Origin: Halarcobacter sp.
GTDB taxonomy: Bacteria > Campylobacterota > Campylobacteria > Campylobacterales > Arcobacteraceae
Reading direction: 5' to 3'
NCBI GenBank assembly: GCA_963676565.1
Contig: OY781089.1
Location: forward strand, 1,952,001 to 2,016,000
DNA: 64,000 nucleotides
Position numbers and translations under genes: made by a program. The notes beneath the pieces are model-generated. The model was not told where the DNA came from. It was given only the letters and a program-made list of their open reading frames with translations, and did no database searches. This document shows, in pieces, positions 1-9,332 of this stretch; within the stretch, counting starts at the first letter, position 1; every line of letters begins with the position of its first letter.

Positions 1-1040
1 AAAAGCATATTTAGTGTTGGAATATTTTCAAGTTTTCCTAAAAGAATAGATTTCATATTCTCTTCAAGTAAAGCAAGGGTTAACTTATCAACCCTTAACA
101 TTCTAAGAAGTTGATTTTTCTTTAGTTGGTCTATATATTTTTTCTTCCCAACTATAATTCCTGCTTGGACACTTCCTAAAAGCTTATCTCCTGAAAAGCT
201 CAGAAGAGATGGCTTAGCTTCCATATATTTTAAAACAGATGGTTCACTTTGGTCAAGTCCATAAGGTAAATCAATTATATGACCACTTCCCATATCATAG
301 TAATCAATCACATCATGTTCTTTTGCCACCTCTATAATCTCTTTAAATGAAACCTCTGAAGAGAAACCTTCAATTGAATAGTTTGATTTATGTACTTTCA
401 TTAACATTGAAGTGTTTTCATTTATTGCATTAATATAGTCTTTTAGATGTGTTTTATTTGTTGTTCCAATCTCTTTGAGTGTTGCGCCACTGCTACCCAT
501 AACATCAGGAACTCTAAAACTACCACCTATTTCAACTAGTTCACCACGACTAACAACAACCTCTTTGTTTTTTGCAAAGGTATTTAGTATCAAAAAAACT
601 GCACTTGCATTGTTATTTACAATTAATACATCTTCACACCCAAGTAATTTTTTTACAACAGTTGAGATATGAGAATACCTTTCTCCTCTTTTTCCTAATT
701 CTAAGTTATATTCTAAGTTATTATAAGAAGTTGCTATTTGTTTAACAGCATCAAAAGTTTTACCATCAATTAAACTTCTACCTAAGTTTGTATGAACAAT
801 AACTCCTGTTGCATTGATTACTTTTTGAAGCGAAGGTTTTGTAATCTCTTCATATTTACTTATTACTTCTTGAATAAGTTTAGTTTCATCTATTTTTTCA
901 ATATTTTCTTTTAAGATATTATCTCTTAGATTATTGATAACATTTTTTGCAATTGATAATATTAGAGGTTTTGACATCTCTTCAAAAGCTTTGTTTGAGA
1001 CAAACTTGTCTACCTTTGGAATTGATTTCAGTAAATCCAT
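1..1040 (-). CDS. selA: L-seryl-tRNA(Sec) selenium transferase (selenocysteine synthase), 3' end runs off the window
   Basis: Not in the ORF track. Manual minus-strand translation from ATG at 1040 gives MDLLKSIPKVDKF...VINATGVIVHTNLGRS...NNNASAVFL...VSRGELVEIGGSFRVPDVM...KVHKSNY...DMGSG...SFSGDKLLGSVQAG (PLP lysine motif). Lies next to tRNA-Sec. Confidence 0.95.
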   Translation of the reverse strand, partial: MDLLKSIPKVDKFVSNKAFEEMSKPLILSIAKNVINNLRDNILKENIEKIDETKLIQEVISKYEEITKPSLQKVINATGVIVHTNLGRSLIDGKTFDAVKQIATSYNNLEYNLELGKRGERYSHISTVVKKLLGCEDVLIVNNNASAVFLILNTFAKNKEVVVSRGELVEIGGSFRVPDVMGSSGATLKEIGTTNKTHLKDYINAINENTSMLMKVHKSNYSIEGFSSEVSFKEIIEVAKEHDVIDYYDMGSGHIIDLPYGLDQSEPSVLKYMEAKPSLLSFSGDKLLGSVQAGIIVGKKKYIDQLKKNQLLRMLRVDKLTLALLEENMKSILLGKLENIPTLNML

Positions 1041-1075
1041 TTTTAACCTTTTGGAAATTTTAAATAAAGATGTTG

Positions 1076-1081
1076 TATAAT
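1076..1081 (+). promoter_or_regulatory. Putative sigma70 -10 box (TATAAT) for selC
   Basis: Perfect TATAAT 14 nt upstream of the tRNA-Sec 5' end. Confidence 0.55.
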
Positions 1082-1095
1082 TTCAACCTTGATTT

Positions 1096-1194
1096 GGGGG
1101 GTATGTGACCCTGGTGGGCACCACAGGCTTCAACCCTGATTGGCGGTTTATGTGTATACGCCGCGGTAGGTTCGATTCCTACACCTTCTCGCCA
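1096..1194 (+). tRNA. selC: tRNA-Sec (anticodon UCA)
   Basis: GC-rich island. Anticodon arm CAGG-CTTCAAC-CCTG with TCA at 1130-1132, D loop TGGT, long variable arm, T arm GTAGG-TTCGATT-CCTAC, 3' GCCA. Adjacent to selA. Confidence 0.95.
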
Positions 1195-1424
1195 TACCTC
1201 AAATCTATACAAAATCTTCAAATATAAAATAAAATATCGTGCCTTATTTCACTTAATTTTAGCTATTTCAATGTTTTATAAGTTTAGATTATAACTAATT
1301 TTAAATCAGTAAAGTCTTAATTTGTAAAAAAAATTTTACTAAAAATCGTCATAGTTAAGTTATAATTGAATACTTATTCAATATAATAATATTAGGTTTT
1401 TTATTATTTTAAAAGGGAAAGATT

Positions 1425-1811
1425 GTGAAAAAAATTTTAGTTGTTGATTATGATAATTATATCTCTTCTTATAATTTTTTAAATAGATTAACAACTTATA
1501 AAATTGAGTATGTAAACTGTTATTCAGAATTTAAATTAAAATTTAAAAATAAAAAATATGATTTATGTATTTTAAGTATTGAAGATAACATAGAAAAAGA
1601 CTTTCTTGTATATGATATTTTAGCTTTAGACAAGTATCAAAATATCTTACAATTAGTAAGATCTGACTCTCAGTGTTTTTTTGATAAAGATTGTAAAAGC
1701 TGCGAAAAATATAATATTAAAACTATATTTAGTGATAACGAAGAAAAAATTATAAAGTATATAATAAGCTTTGAAACTTCACTATGTGAGTTTACAAAGC
1801 TTAATATTTAG
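1425..1811 (+). CDS. Atypical single-domain receiver (CheY-like) protein
   Basis: KKILVVDYD start and YDLCILS where the phosphoacceptor Asp is normally found; GTG start with AAGGG RBS. Confidence 0.55.
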   Translation: MKKILVVDYDNYISSYNFLNRLTTYKIEYVNCYSEFKLKFKNKKYDLCILSIEDNIEKDFLVYDILALDKYQNILQLVRSDSQCFFDKDCKSCEKYNIKTIFSDNEEKIIKYIISFETSLCEFTKLNI

Positions 1812-3100
1812 AACTCTTTTATAACAACTTTATTTCTACCTGTATTTTTTGCATTGTATAAAGCTTCATCTGCTCTTTTTATACTATCTTTTATATCTTC
1901 GTTTAAAGAGTGAATAGTTCCACCACAAGAACAAGTTAATTTTATATCATTAGTAAAAGTTGAATTTTCAATATTTTTTCTTAATTTCTCAAGGCTTATT
2001 TCTAAATCGTTATAATTTTTTATCTTTAAGATAAATATAAACTCTTCTCCGCCCCATCTAATAAGATAATCATCCATTCTAGAATATTTTTTTATTATTT
2101 TTACAAAATCGATTAAAACATCATCTCCCACATCATGTCCGTAGGTATCATTGATATTTTTAAAAAAGTCGATATCTAAAATAGCAATACCAAAATTATA
2201 GGTTTCATCCACAAATTTTGATATTAGTTTTCCATAATTATCCTCAAAATACTCTCTGTTAAATGCACCAGTTAATTTATCATGAATAGTTTTATCTTTA
2301 AGTTGAAGTTGTTTTAAAAATGTTTCACTAATATCTGTAAAAGTTAATACTATTGTCTCTTCGTGTTGTGCAATAGTGACTTTAAAAGCTTTTATATTCA
2401 TAGTTTTATGACATAAAATAGATACTATTCTCTCTGACTCAGTTAAGCTTTTTAAACTTTCAATCCAGTTTTCATTTTCATTTACTTTTCCTAAATGGAA
2501 GTAGTTTTCGTTTTCTATAAAGCTTTTTTCAATAGAAGTGTATTCTTTTTTTAATTCATCTAACTTTTCACATGCGTAAAAGTCTAATAGTGTTTTATTA
2601 GCAAATGTGATTTCTAAATTTTTATTATATAAAGCTATCATTGTTGCTTGTGTATTTAAAATCATATGTAAAAAGTCATTTTGCTTTGAGATCTTTTCTT
2701 GAAGTTTTTCTACTTTTCTTTTGATATTTAAAACTTCAAGAGTTTTTTCTAAAACATCCTCTAATATATCTAAATCAATAGGTTTAATAATATACCTATC
2801 TACTTTATATTTAATTGATTCTAGTAAGTATTGGGTGTCATTATGGGCAGAACAAACAATAATAGGGATAGCCTTATTTTTTTCTCTAATTGTCTTGATT
2901 AATTCTAAACCATCAAGATTTGGCATTCGAATATCAGTTAAAATTATGTCAACTTTTTTCTTTTCATATATATTTAATGCCTCTTGTCCATCTTTAGCCA
3001 CATAAACACAATTAAAATAATCTTCTAATACAGAGCTTAACATCTGTGATACTAGTTGGTCATCCTCTGCGTATAAAATTGAAAGTTGAGACTGTTTCAT
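1808..3100 (-). CDS. Response regulator-diguanylate cyclase (REC-PAS-like-GGDEF)
   Basis: ILYAEDD...DIILTDIRMP...KP receiver; HDKLTG, DIDFFK and RWGGEEF cyclase motifs. Confidence 0.9.
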   Translation of the reverse strand: MKQSQLSILYAEDDQLVSQMLSSVLEDYFNCVYVAKDGQEALNIYEKKKVDIILTDIRMPNLDGLELIKTIREKNKAIPIIVCSAHNDTQYLLESIKYKVDRYIIKPIDLDILEDVLEKTLEVLNIKRKVEKLQEKISKQNDFLHMILNTQATMIALYNKNLEITFANKTLLDFYACEKLDELKKEYTSIEKSFIENENYFHLGKVNENENWIESLKSLTESERIVSILCHKTMNIKAFKVTIAQHEETIVLTFTDISETFLKQLQLKDKTIHDKLTGAFNREYFEDNYGKLISKFVDETYNFGIAILDIDFFKNINDTYGHDVGDDVLIDFVKIIKKYSRMDDYLIRWGGEEFIFILKIKNYNDLEISLEKLRKNIENSTFTNDIKLTCSCGGTIHSLNEDIKDSIKRADEALYNAKNTGRNKVVIKEF

Positions 3101-6100
3101 TTTTCATCCTTGTTTTCTAGAGGAATTTCGATTGTAAAAACTGTAATATTATCTTGTACTTTAACATTTATTTTTCCTGATATAGAATCTTCTATTATTA
3201 ATTTTGACATATATAATCCTAATCCTGTACCATTTTTTTCCTCTTTTGTAGAAAAGTATGGTTCAAAAATATTTTCTATTATATTTTGAGGTATTCCCCC
3301 AGCATTATCTTCAATTTTAATTATTAGCTTTTCATTTTCTAATAAATTATATATTTTTATATAAAAGTTTGGATTCTCTTTATTTAATGCTTCTATACTA
3401 TTATTAAGCATAGTTAATAAAACTTGTAACAATTCATTTTTAAAAGTATATATTTTTAGTTTTTGTAAATTATTATATTCAATAATAAGATTATCAACTC
3501 TATTACTTATAAGAACTTTCAAACTTCTATAAAATTCTTCTAATAAAAAAAACTCTTTTTTCTTATCTGGTTTATAAAAATTACAAAAATCATCTATAGT
3601 TTGTGATAGGTGTTTAATAATATCATTTGTTGTATTTTTGTAAAAAATAAATTCATCTTTTTGAGCTACACTAGGCTCTACTTTTCTAATGAACATTTGA
3701 GTTAAAACAGATAATTGATTTAAAGGTTGTCTCCATTGGTGTGCTATCATATTTAACATTTCACCTTGAAGTGCCAATTTACTTTGTTTTTGTAGTAAAA
3801 ATGCCTGTTGTATTCTCTCTTTTTCATTTAAAACTTTTTCTGTAACATCTTGGATTGTTGCTATTGTTTTTATTGGTTTATTGTTAATATCGTGAATTAT
3901 TTTCCAATAAAGTATCATATATTTAACTTTTTTAGTTGGTGTTACTATTCTTAATTCAGTATTATGTTCTTTGTCAGTGTTATAAGAGTTGAAAAGTTTT
4001 TCCCTAAACTCTTCTTTTTCATCAGGATGAATAAATTTAAACAAGATATCTCTACTTATTTTTGGATAATCTTTTTGAGAAATTTCAAAAATATCATAAA
4101 TAGAATCATCTATCTCTTCATAATAGTCTTTAGATAAATCATTTACAAAGGAACTAATTTTTGCCATTTTACGGGCTTGTTTTAAACTATCTGTTAGTTG
4201 CTTTTCTTTTTCTCTTTTTTTATCAAGTATTTTTATATATCTAAATTGAAGAAGGGCAATAATAATCAATAATATAAATAAAACATACCATAACCATTCA
4301 TAGCTTTTCTCAATTACATATTTAGATATTCTGTAATTTGATGCGAAATTATTTAACTCTTCTTTAGAAAAATTACTTATAGTTTTATCAATTGATGAGT
4401 GTAAAAGAGGGTATTTATTATTTACCAAAATTGCACCATTTGCCTTTAAGCTATCAAAAATATCATCAATCTTAAATTTATCAGGTCCATATTTTCTTAT
4501 TATTTCGTCAGCAGTATATGTTGTAAGAATAAAATGAGATTTTGAATCTTTTTTTATTATGTTCATAATCTCATCAATATTTGAATTAACAATTACTTTT
4601 GCTTTAGGATATCTTTCTAGAAATTGACTTTTAAATATTTTATCTTTTACATAAAATGTATGATTATCTAACTGGCTTAAATTTGAAATATATGGATTAT
4701 TTATAGACCCAACTGAAACATAAAACTGATTAAGTATAGGTTTTGTAAACTTAAAATTTTTAAATCCTGTATAGGTGTTTTTTATAATTGAAATGAGATC
4801 ACATCTATTTTTATTTATATTTTCTTCAAACTCTTTTAGGCTATTTGAGGCTATGGGAGTAAACTTAATATTTAGTTTTTTTGATATCTCATCATAAATT
4901 TGACCAGAAATACCAATTAGTTTACTATCTTCAACTCCATCTATTGGATAGTGTTTATATCTTGAACATACTGTAAACTCATTTTTTGTTTTTAAAAAAT
5001 CTATCTCTTCTTTTGTTAGCTGATTATTTTTATCTTTTTGTGAATCATCTCCCAACCATTTTCTTAAAATTGTATTTTTTTCTTCTAAACTTAAGGAGTT
5101 AATACTTTTATTTATAATTGATTGAAGTATTTTGTTATTTGGTTCAACAGCTGCAATTGTATTTGGGGAGAACTCTTTTATTGTATGACTTGAATGGATA
5201 TCTTTAATTCCATACTTCGCTAGAATATGTTTATCCCTGTGAAAAGTGATTACTGCATCAACCTTTCTATTCTCAAGTAGAAAAAAAGTTTCTAAGGTTG
5301 TTTTTTGACCTCTAATTTCTATTTTATCTTTATATTTTTCAAAGGAGTTTTTTAAAGACAAAATATTTTGGTTGTAAGCAACTTTTTTCCCATATAAATC
5401 TTTTATTGAATCTATTTTGAAGGAATTTGAATCTTTAGTAAATATACTATATGAGGACCTTGATAAAGGTTCTGCTTCAAGTAAGTTTTCTTTTTTTGCA
5501 ATATTTTTATTAATTGCAGGTATTACATCTATATTTCCATTTTTTAAATCATTGATTATCTCTTTCCATGATTTGTCTATAAATTCAACTTCAAACCCAA
5601 GGTTTTTACTTAAGGTTTTATAGGTATCTATAATTATTCCATTTAAATTTCCACTACTATCTTTAAAAAAAAGTGGTTCAAATACAGATGAGTGACCCAC
5701 TTTAATAATTGGATTTTCTTTTAAATATTTAATTTCTTCATCAGTAAAAAGATTGTTATACTTATCTATTTGGGTATCATCAGAAATGTTCATATTCCAC
5801 TTTAGTCTTAACTCTTTTAAAGTTTCTTCTGAAATTGTTTTTAAACCCTTTTCAAAGATACTAATTGCCTCGGGGTATTCTTTTATAATACCTATAAACA
5901 CTGGAATTTGTTTGTGATATAAATTTGTATCATGAACTGCTGGTAAAGATTTTTTTGACAAGAGATAATTTACACCATTGACTGTTGGAATAATATCTAT
6001 TAAACCATTAGATAATTTTTCATAACCATCAGCTAAATTATTAATGTAAACAATATTTTTTATGTTTAGTTTATTAATAATATTTTGATGAGTTATTTGA

Positions 6101-6540
6101 TTTTTTTCTATACCTATAGTAAGGTTTTTTAAATCACTATTAGTGAAGTTATTTTTATTTTTGTAATTTGTAGATAAAGAATATTCAATAATTGTATAGG
6201 GCGATGAAAAGTTTAAAAAATCTTCTCTTTGAGGTGTTTTTACAATATTGATAAGACCATCAATTTTTTTATTTTTTACTTGCTCTTGTATTTTAGTCCA
6301 GTCTCCAACAACTAATTGAAAGTTTGCTCCTGTTGCTTTATTAATAAGTTCAAGTATATCTGCATCAACTCCAGTTATTGTTCCATTTTCATTAACAATA
6401 TTTGAAGGTTCCCATCCTGCTCCCGTACCAAGTGTAATTGTATTATGAGATTTTAAAAAGTTTTTTTCTTCTAATGTAAGTTCTATATTACTTGAAAGTA
6501 AAGAAATCGAAAAAAAAATCAAATAAAGAAAAAGTTTCAA
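3097..6540 (-). CDS. BvgS/EvgS-like sensor histidine kinase (signal peptide, three periplasmic-binding-protein domains, TM, PAS, HisKA/HATPase)
   Basis: Three repeats beginning L/FTxEExxF/YLK; IAHQWRQPL H-box; DNAGG, FEPYFSTK and GTGLGL boxes; overlaps the downstream regulator by 4 bp. Confidence 0.9.
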   Translation of the reverse strand: MKLFLYLIFFSISLLSSNIELTLEEKNFLKSHNTITLGTGAGWEPSNIVNENGTITGVDADILELINKATGANFQLVVGDWTKIQEQVKNKKIDGLINIVKTPQREDFLNFSSPYTIIEYSLSTNYKNKNNFTNSDLKNLTIGIEKNQITHQNIINKLNIKNIVYINNLADGYEKLSNGLIDIIPTVNGVNYLLSKKSLPAVHDTNLYHKQIPVFIGIIKEYPEAISIFEKGLKTISEETLKELRLKWNMNISDDTQIDKYNNLFTDEEIKYLKENPIIKVGHSSVFEPLFFKDSSGNLNGIIIDTYKTLSKNLGFEVEFIDKSWKEIINDLKNGNIDVIPAINKNIAKKENLLEAEPLSRSSYSIFTKDSNSFKIDSIKDLYGKKVAYNQNILSLKNSFEKYKDKIEIRGQKTTLETFFLLENRKVDAVITFHRDKHILAKYGIKDIHSSHTIKEFSPNTIAAVEPNNKILQSIINKSINSLSLEEKNTILRKWLGDDSQKDKNNQLTKEEIDFLKTKNEFTVCSRYKHYPIDGVEDSKLIGISGQIYDEISKKLNIKFTPIASNSLKEFEENINKNRCDLISIIKNTYTGFKNFKFTKPILNQFYVSVGSINNPYISNLSQLDNHTFYVKDKIFKSQFLERYPKAKVIVNSNIDEIMNIIKKDSKSHFILTTYTADEIIRKYGPDKFKIDDIFDSLKANGAILVNNKYPLLHSSIDKTISNFSKEELNNFASNYRISKYVIEKSYEWLWYVLFILLIIIALLQFRYIKILDKKREKEKQLTDSLKQARKMAKISSFVNDLSKDYYEEIDDSIYDIFEISQKDYPKISRDILFKFIHPDEKEEFREKLFNSYNTDKEHNTELRIVTPTKKVKYMILYWKIIHDINNKPIKTIATIQDVTEKVLNEKERIQQAFLLQKQSKLALQGEMLNMIAHQWRQPLNQLSVLTQMFIRKVEPSVAQKDEFIFYKNTTNDIIKHLSQTIDDFCNFYKPDKKKEFFLLEEFYRSLKVLISNRVDNLIIEYNNLQKLKIYTFKNELLQVLLTMLNNSIEALNKENPNFYIKIYNLLENEKLIIKIEDNAGGIPQNIIENIFEPYFSTKEEKNGTGLGLYMSKLIIEDSISGKINVKVQDNITVFTIEIPLENKDEK

Positions 6541-6620
6541 ATTGTAGCCTTATATTTTATTATTTTATTGTATCAAAATAAATAAAATTATAAAAACATT
6601 GATAATAATATGCTTCTTAT

Positions 6621-7655
6621 TTAATAAATCATAATAGGACTTGCTCCTCTTGGAATAACTTCACCTATAATAGAAGCATAACCAAAACTTAATTCTTCTA
6701 TAACCTTTATATACTCTTTTGCATCTTCTTCTTTCATGGCTATTAATAGACCTCCTGATGTTTGAGCATCACAATATTGTAAATAACAATCATCAGTTGA
6801 ACACATTATTGTAGTTTTATCTTTTAGAAATTGCATGTTCTTTTTTGTACCACCAGGAAAAATTCCTTGATTAGCTAACTCTATAGCTTCATTGATAATT
6901 GGTACTTCTCCACAATGAATTGCAAATGAATTAAAATTATTTGTAGATTCTAAAGCATGACCTAAAAGACCAAACCCAGTCACATCTGTAACTGAACTAA
7001 CATCATAATCTCTTAAAATTTTTGAAGGTAAATAGTTTAAAGCCTCTAAGATTTTTACAGTTTCATTTTTTGTACTTTCATCTAATAAATCTTTTTTTAT
7101 TGCAGTTGTTAGAATACCCATACCAAGAGGTTTAGTTAAAACTAAGACATGTCCAATTTTTGCTGTATTATTTTTATATATTTTTTTAGGATGAACCATT
7201 CCTGTTACAGAAAGACCATAAAACATCTCTGGAACTTCAATTGTGTGACCACCCATTAAAAGCCCTCCACACTCCTGAATCTTTTCATTCCCACCTCTTA
7301 GCATCTCTTTTAAGACTTCTGTCCCGTGATTTTTTCTATCAAAACCAACAATATTTAATGCAGTTTTAACATTTGCACCCATTGCAAAAACATCTGAAAG
7401 TGAATTTGCAGCAGCAATTTTTCCATAAATATAAGGATCGTCAACTACAGGAGTAATAAAATCTAAGGTTTGGACTATTGCTTCTTCATCATTAATTTTA
7501 TACACAGAAGCATCGTCATTGTTTTCAAATCCAACAAGAACACGACCATCACATGGAGATAGGCTAATTATAGATTGTTTTAGGTCTCCCGGACCCATCT
7601 TAGCTGCTCAACCTGCGGCACGAACGAATTTTGTTAGTTTATATTCTTCATTCAT
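6621..7655 (-). CDS. selD: Selenide, water dikinase (selenophosphate synthetase), selenoprotein, Sec16
   Basis: The ORF-track start (7598) is internal. In-frame upstream sequence reads MNEEYKLTKFVRAAG-TGA(7610-7608)-AAKMGPG; DDASVY, DFITP, GGHT and DAQTSGGLL motifs. Confidence 0.95.
7581..7597 (-). promoter_or_regulatory. Bacterial SECIS of selD copy 1
   Basis: UGGGUC-CGGGA-GACCUA hairpin beginning 10 nt after the UGA. Confidence 0.8.
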
Positions 7656-7844
7656 AAATTCTCTTTTAGCTAGTTACTATAAGCTTAAATTATAATATAT
7701 AAAAATATTTTTAATTAAATTAATATTTGATTAAATTTTACAATTAATGTAGTTAAAATTAGATTAATATATTAGTTATACATATAAGCAATAATTTTAT
7801 TTAAGAAATAATTAATTAAAAAAGCAATATAGTTTCATATTATA

Positions 7845-7904
7845 AGCATTGCCTAAGGTTTAGGCTAGACATAAAAAATTCTTTTTTACTTGACTACTTA
7901 TGCT
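7845..7904 (+). promoter_or_regulatory. Conserved leader element copy 1 (hairpin GCCTAA-GGT-TTAGGC inside an AGCAT...ATGCT stem)
   Basis: Sequence and structure shared with copies at 7911, 10243 and 39619. Confidence 0.7.
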
Positions 7905-7910
7905 GTTTAT

Positions 7911-7983
7911 CGTCTAAGGTTTAGACGCACATGATTTAAAGACAGTACTTACAAAAAATATTCTTCTTTTTCTCATGTATTAC
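7911..7983 (+). promoter_or_regulatory. Conserved leader element copy 2 (CGTCTAA-GGT-TTAGACG followed by ACATGA...TCATGT stem)
   Basis: Tandem second copy with compensatory flanks. Confidence 0.65.
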
Positions 7984-8007
7984 AAAAATTATACAAAGGA
8001 AAATAAA

Positions 8008-9330
8008 ATGGGTGTTGCAGAACATAAAAAACTACTTTCAGATATTGGTGTTGATGTTGACAGACATGCTCAAATGATGAGTATGGGATTAGAATCTTAT
8101 GAGGCACAATTTAAGTCTCAAAATAACAGACCTAAGGGTATGGAATACTTTGATTGGTTTATGAGTGAGATTCAAGGTCAAAGAATTGCAGAGATTAATA
8201 AATTAAGAGCAGAAAATAAGCCTGCAGTTGGTACATTTTGTATTTTTGTTCCTGAAGAGATTATTGTAGGTGCTGGTGGGGCATGTTTTGGATTGTGTGG
8301 TGGAAGTCCTGCTACAATTGCCGATGCTGAAACTGAACTTCCTAGAAATATTTGTCCACTAATTAAATCAGCCCATGGTTTTAAACTTCAAAGAACATGC
8401 GCATATACACAAAGTTCAGATTTTATTTATGGCGAGACAACATGTGAAGCTAAGAAAAAAACTTGGGAAATCTTAAACAAACATCATCCTGTACATGTTA
8501 TGAATATCCCACATATGAAAAGGGAAAAAGATCTTAAAATGTGGCAAGAAGAGATTGTTGAATTTAAAGAGCATATAGAAGAAGTTGCAGGGAAAAAACT
8601 AAGTTTAGAAGAGATGATTGAAGGAACAAAAATCATTAATGAAAAAAGAAAAGCAATGCAAAGACTTGATGCTTTAAGGGGAATGGACCCAGATGTTGTT
8701 CCTATCTCTGGTAAAGATGCACTTTTTATTAATCAAATGGGATTTTTAGATGACCCAAAAAGATACACTCAAAAAGTAAATGAATTGTGTGATGAATTGG
8801 AAAAAAGAGTAGAAGAAAAAAATTCTGTGTTTGAAGAAGATACTCCAAGACTTATGGTTTTAGGAACTCCTATTGCTCCACCAAACTGGAAACTTCATAC
8901 TGCTGTTGAAGGTTCAGGTGGTGCTATTATAAATGAAGAATCATGTATCGGTCACAGATATTATAAAGATAATGTTGATTTAGATAGTGTTAAGAGTGAA
9001 GAGGATTTAATGAAACAATTAATGCAAAGATATAGTGCAGTTGATTGTGCTTGCTTTACACCAAATACACCAAGAATTGATAAAATTTTAAAAATGTATG
9101 AAGATAGATGTGCTGATGGAGTTATTTATTATACTTTATCTTTCTGTCATACATATAATGTTGAATCTCATCTAGTAACAGAAGCACTTGAAGCTGCTGG
9201 AATCCCATGTTTAGTTATTGAATCAGATTATTCACCTGAAGATGCAGGTCAAATTAAAACTAGAGTTGAAGCATTTTTAGAGTCAATCTCTTTTAAGAAA
9301 AAAGCAAAAAACTTTAAAAATAAAGACTAA
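8008..9330 (+). CDS. Double-cubane [8Fe-9S] cluster-type anaerobic reductase (2-hydroxyacyl-CoA dehydratase family, DCCP-like)
   Basis: GTFCIFVPEE, GLCGG, LPRNICPLIKS, GETTCEAKKK, EESCIG, CACFTPN, FCHTY and IESDYS motifs. Start moved to 8008 because of the AAGGA RBS. Paired with an activator gene. Confidence 0.8.
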   Translation: MGVAEHKKLLSDIGVDVDRHAQMMSMGLESYEAQFKSQNNRPKGMEYFDWFMSEIQGQRIAEINKLRAENKPAVGTFCIFVPEEIIVGAGGACFGLCGGSPATIADAETELPRNICPLIKSAHGFKLQRTCAYTQSSDFIYGETTCEAKKKTWEILNKHHPVHVMNIPHMKREKDLKMWQEEIVEFKEHIEEVAGKKLSLEEMIEGTKIINEKRKAMQRLDALRGMDPDVVPISGKDALFINQMGFLDDPKRYTQKVNELCDELEKRVEEKNSVFEEDTPRLMVLGTPIAPPNWKLHTAVEGSGGAIINEESCIGHRYYKDNVDLDSVKSEEDLMKQLMQRYSAVDCACFTPNTPRIDKILKMYEDRCADGVIYYTLSFCHTYNVESHLVTEALEAAGIPCLVIESDYSPEDAGQIKTRVEAFLESISFKKKAKNFKNKD

Positions 9331-9332
9331 AT

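Noticed and set aside
475..672. Short track ORFs antisense or out-of-frame within real genes (e.g. 475, 2721, 9617, 21036, 25738, 31603, 33422, 59952, 63570)
   Set aside because: Shadow ORFs fully overlapping well-supported genes, with no RBS or family motifs
1196..6600. Genomic island integrated at tRNA-Sec
   Set aside because: No integrase, and I found no duplicated tRNA 3' end (att repeat) by eye
7891..7927. UGA-containing leader peptide read through with the hairpin as SECIS
   Set aside because: A TGA precedes only copy 2 (17 nt spacing versus 10-12 nt in the real SECIS elements here). The other copies have no suitably placed upstream TGA or uORF.
7845..7983. Known Moco/Wco riboswitch
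   Set aside because: Shares only a CCUAAG-like word. I cannot see the other conserved Moco stems, and the downstream genes are not Moco genes. A cmscan is still needed to exclude it formally.
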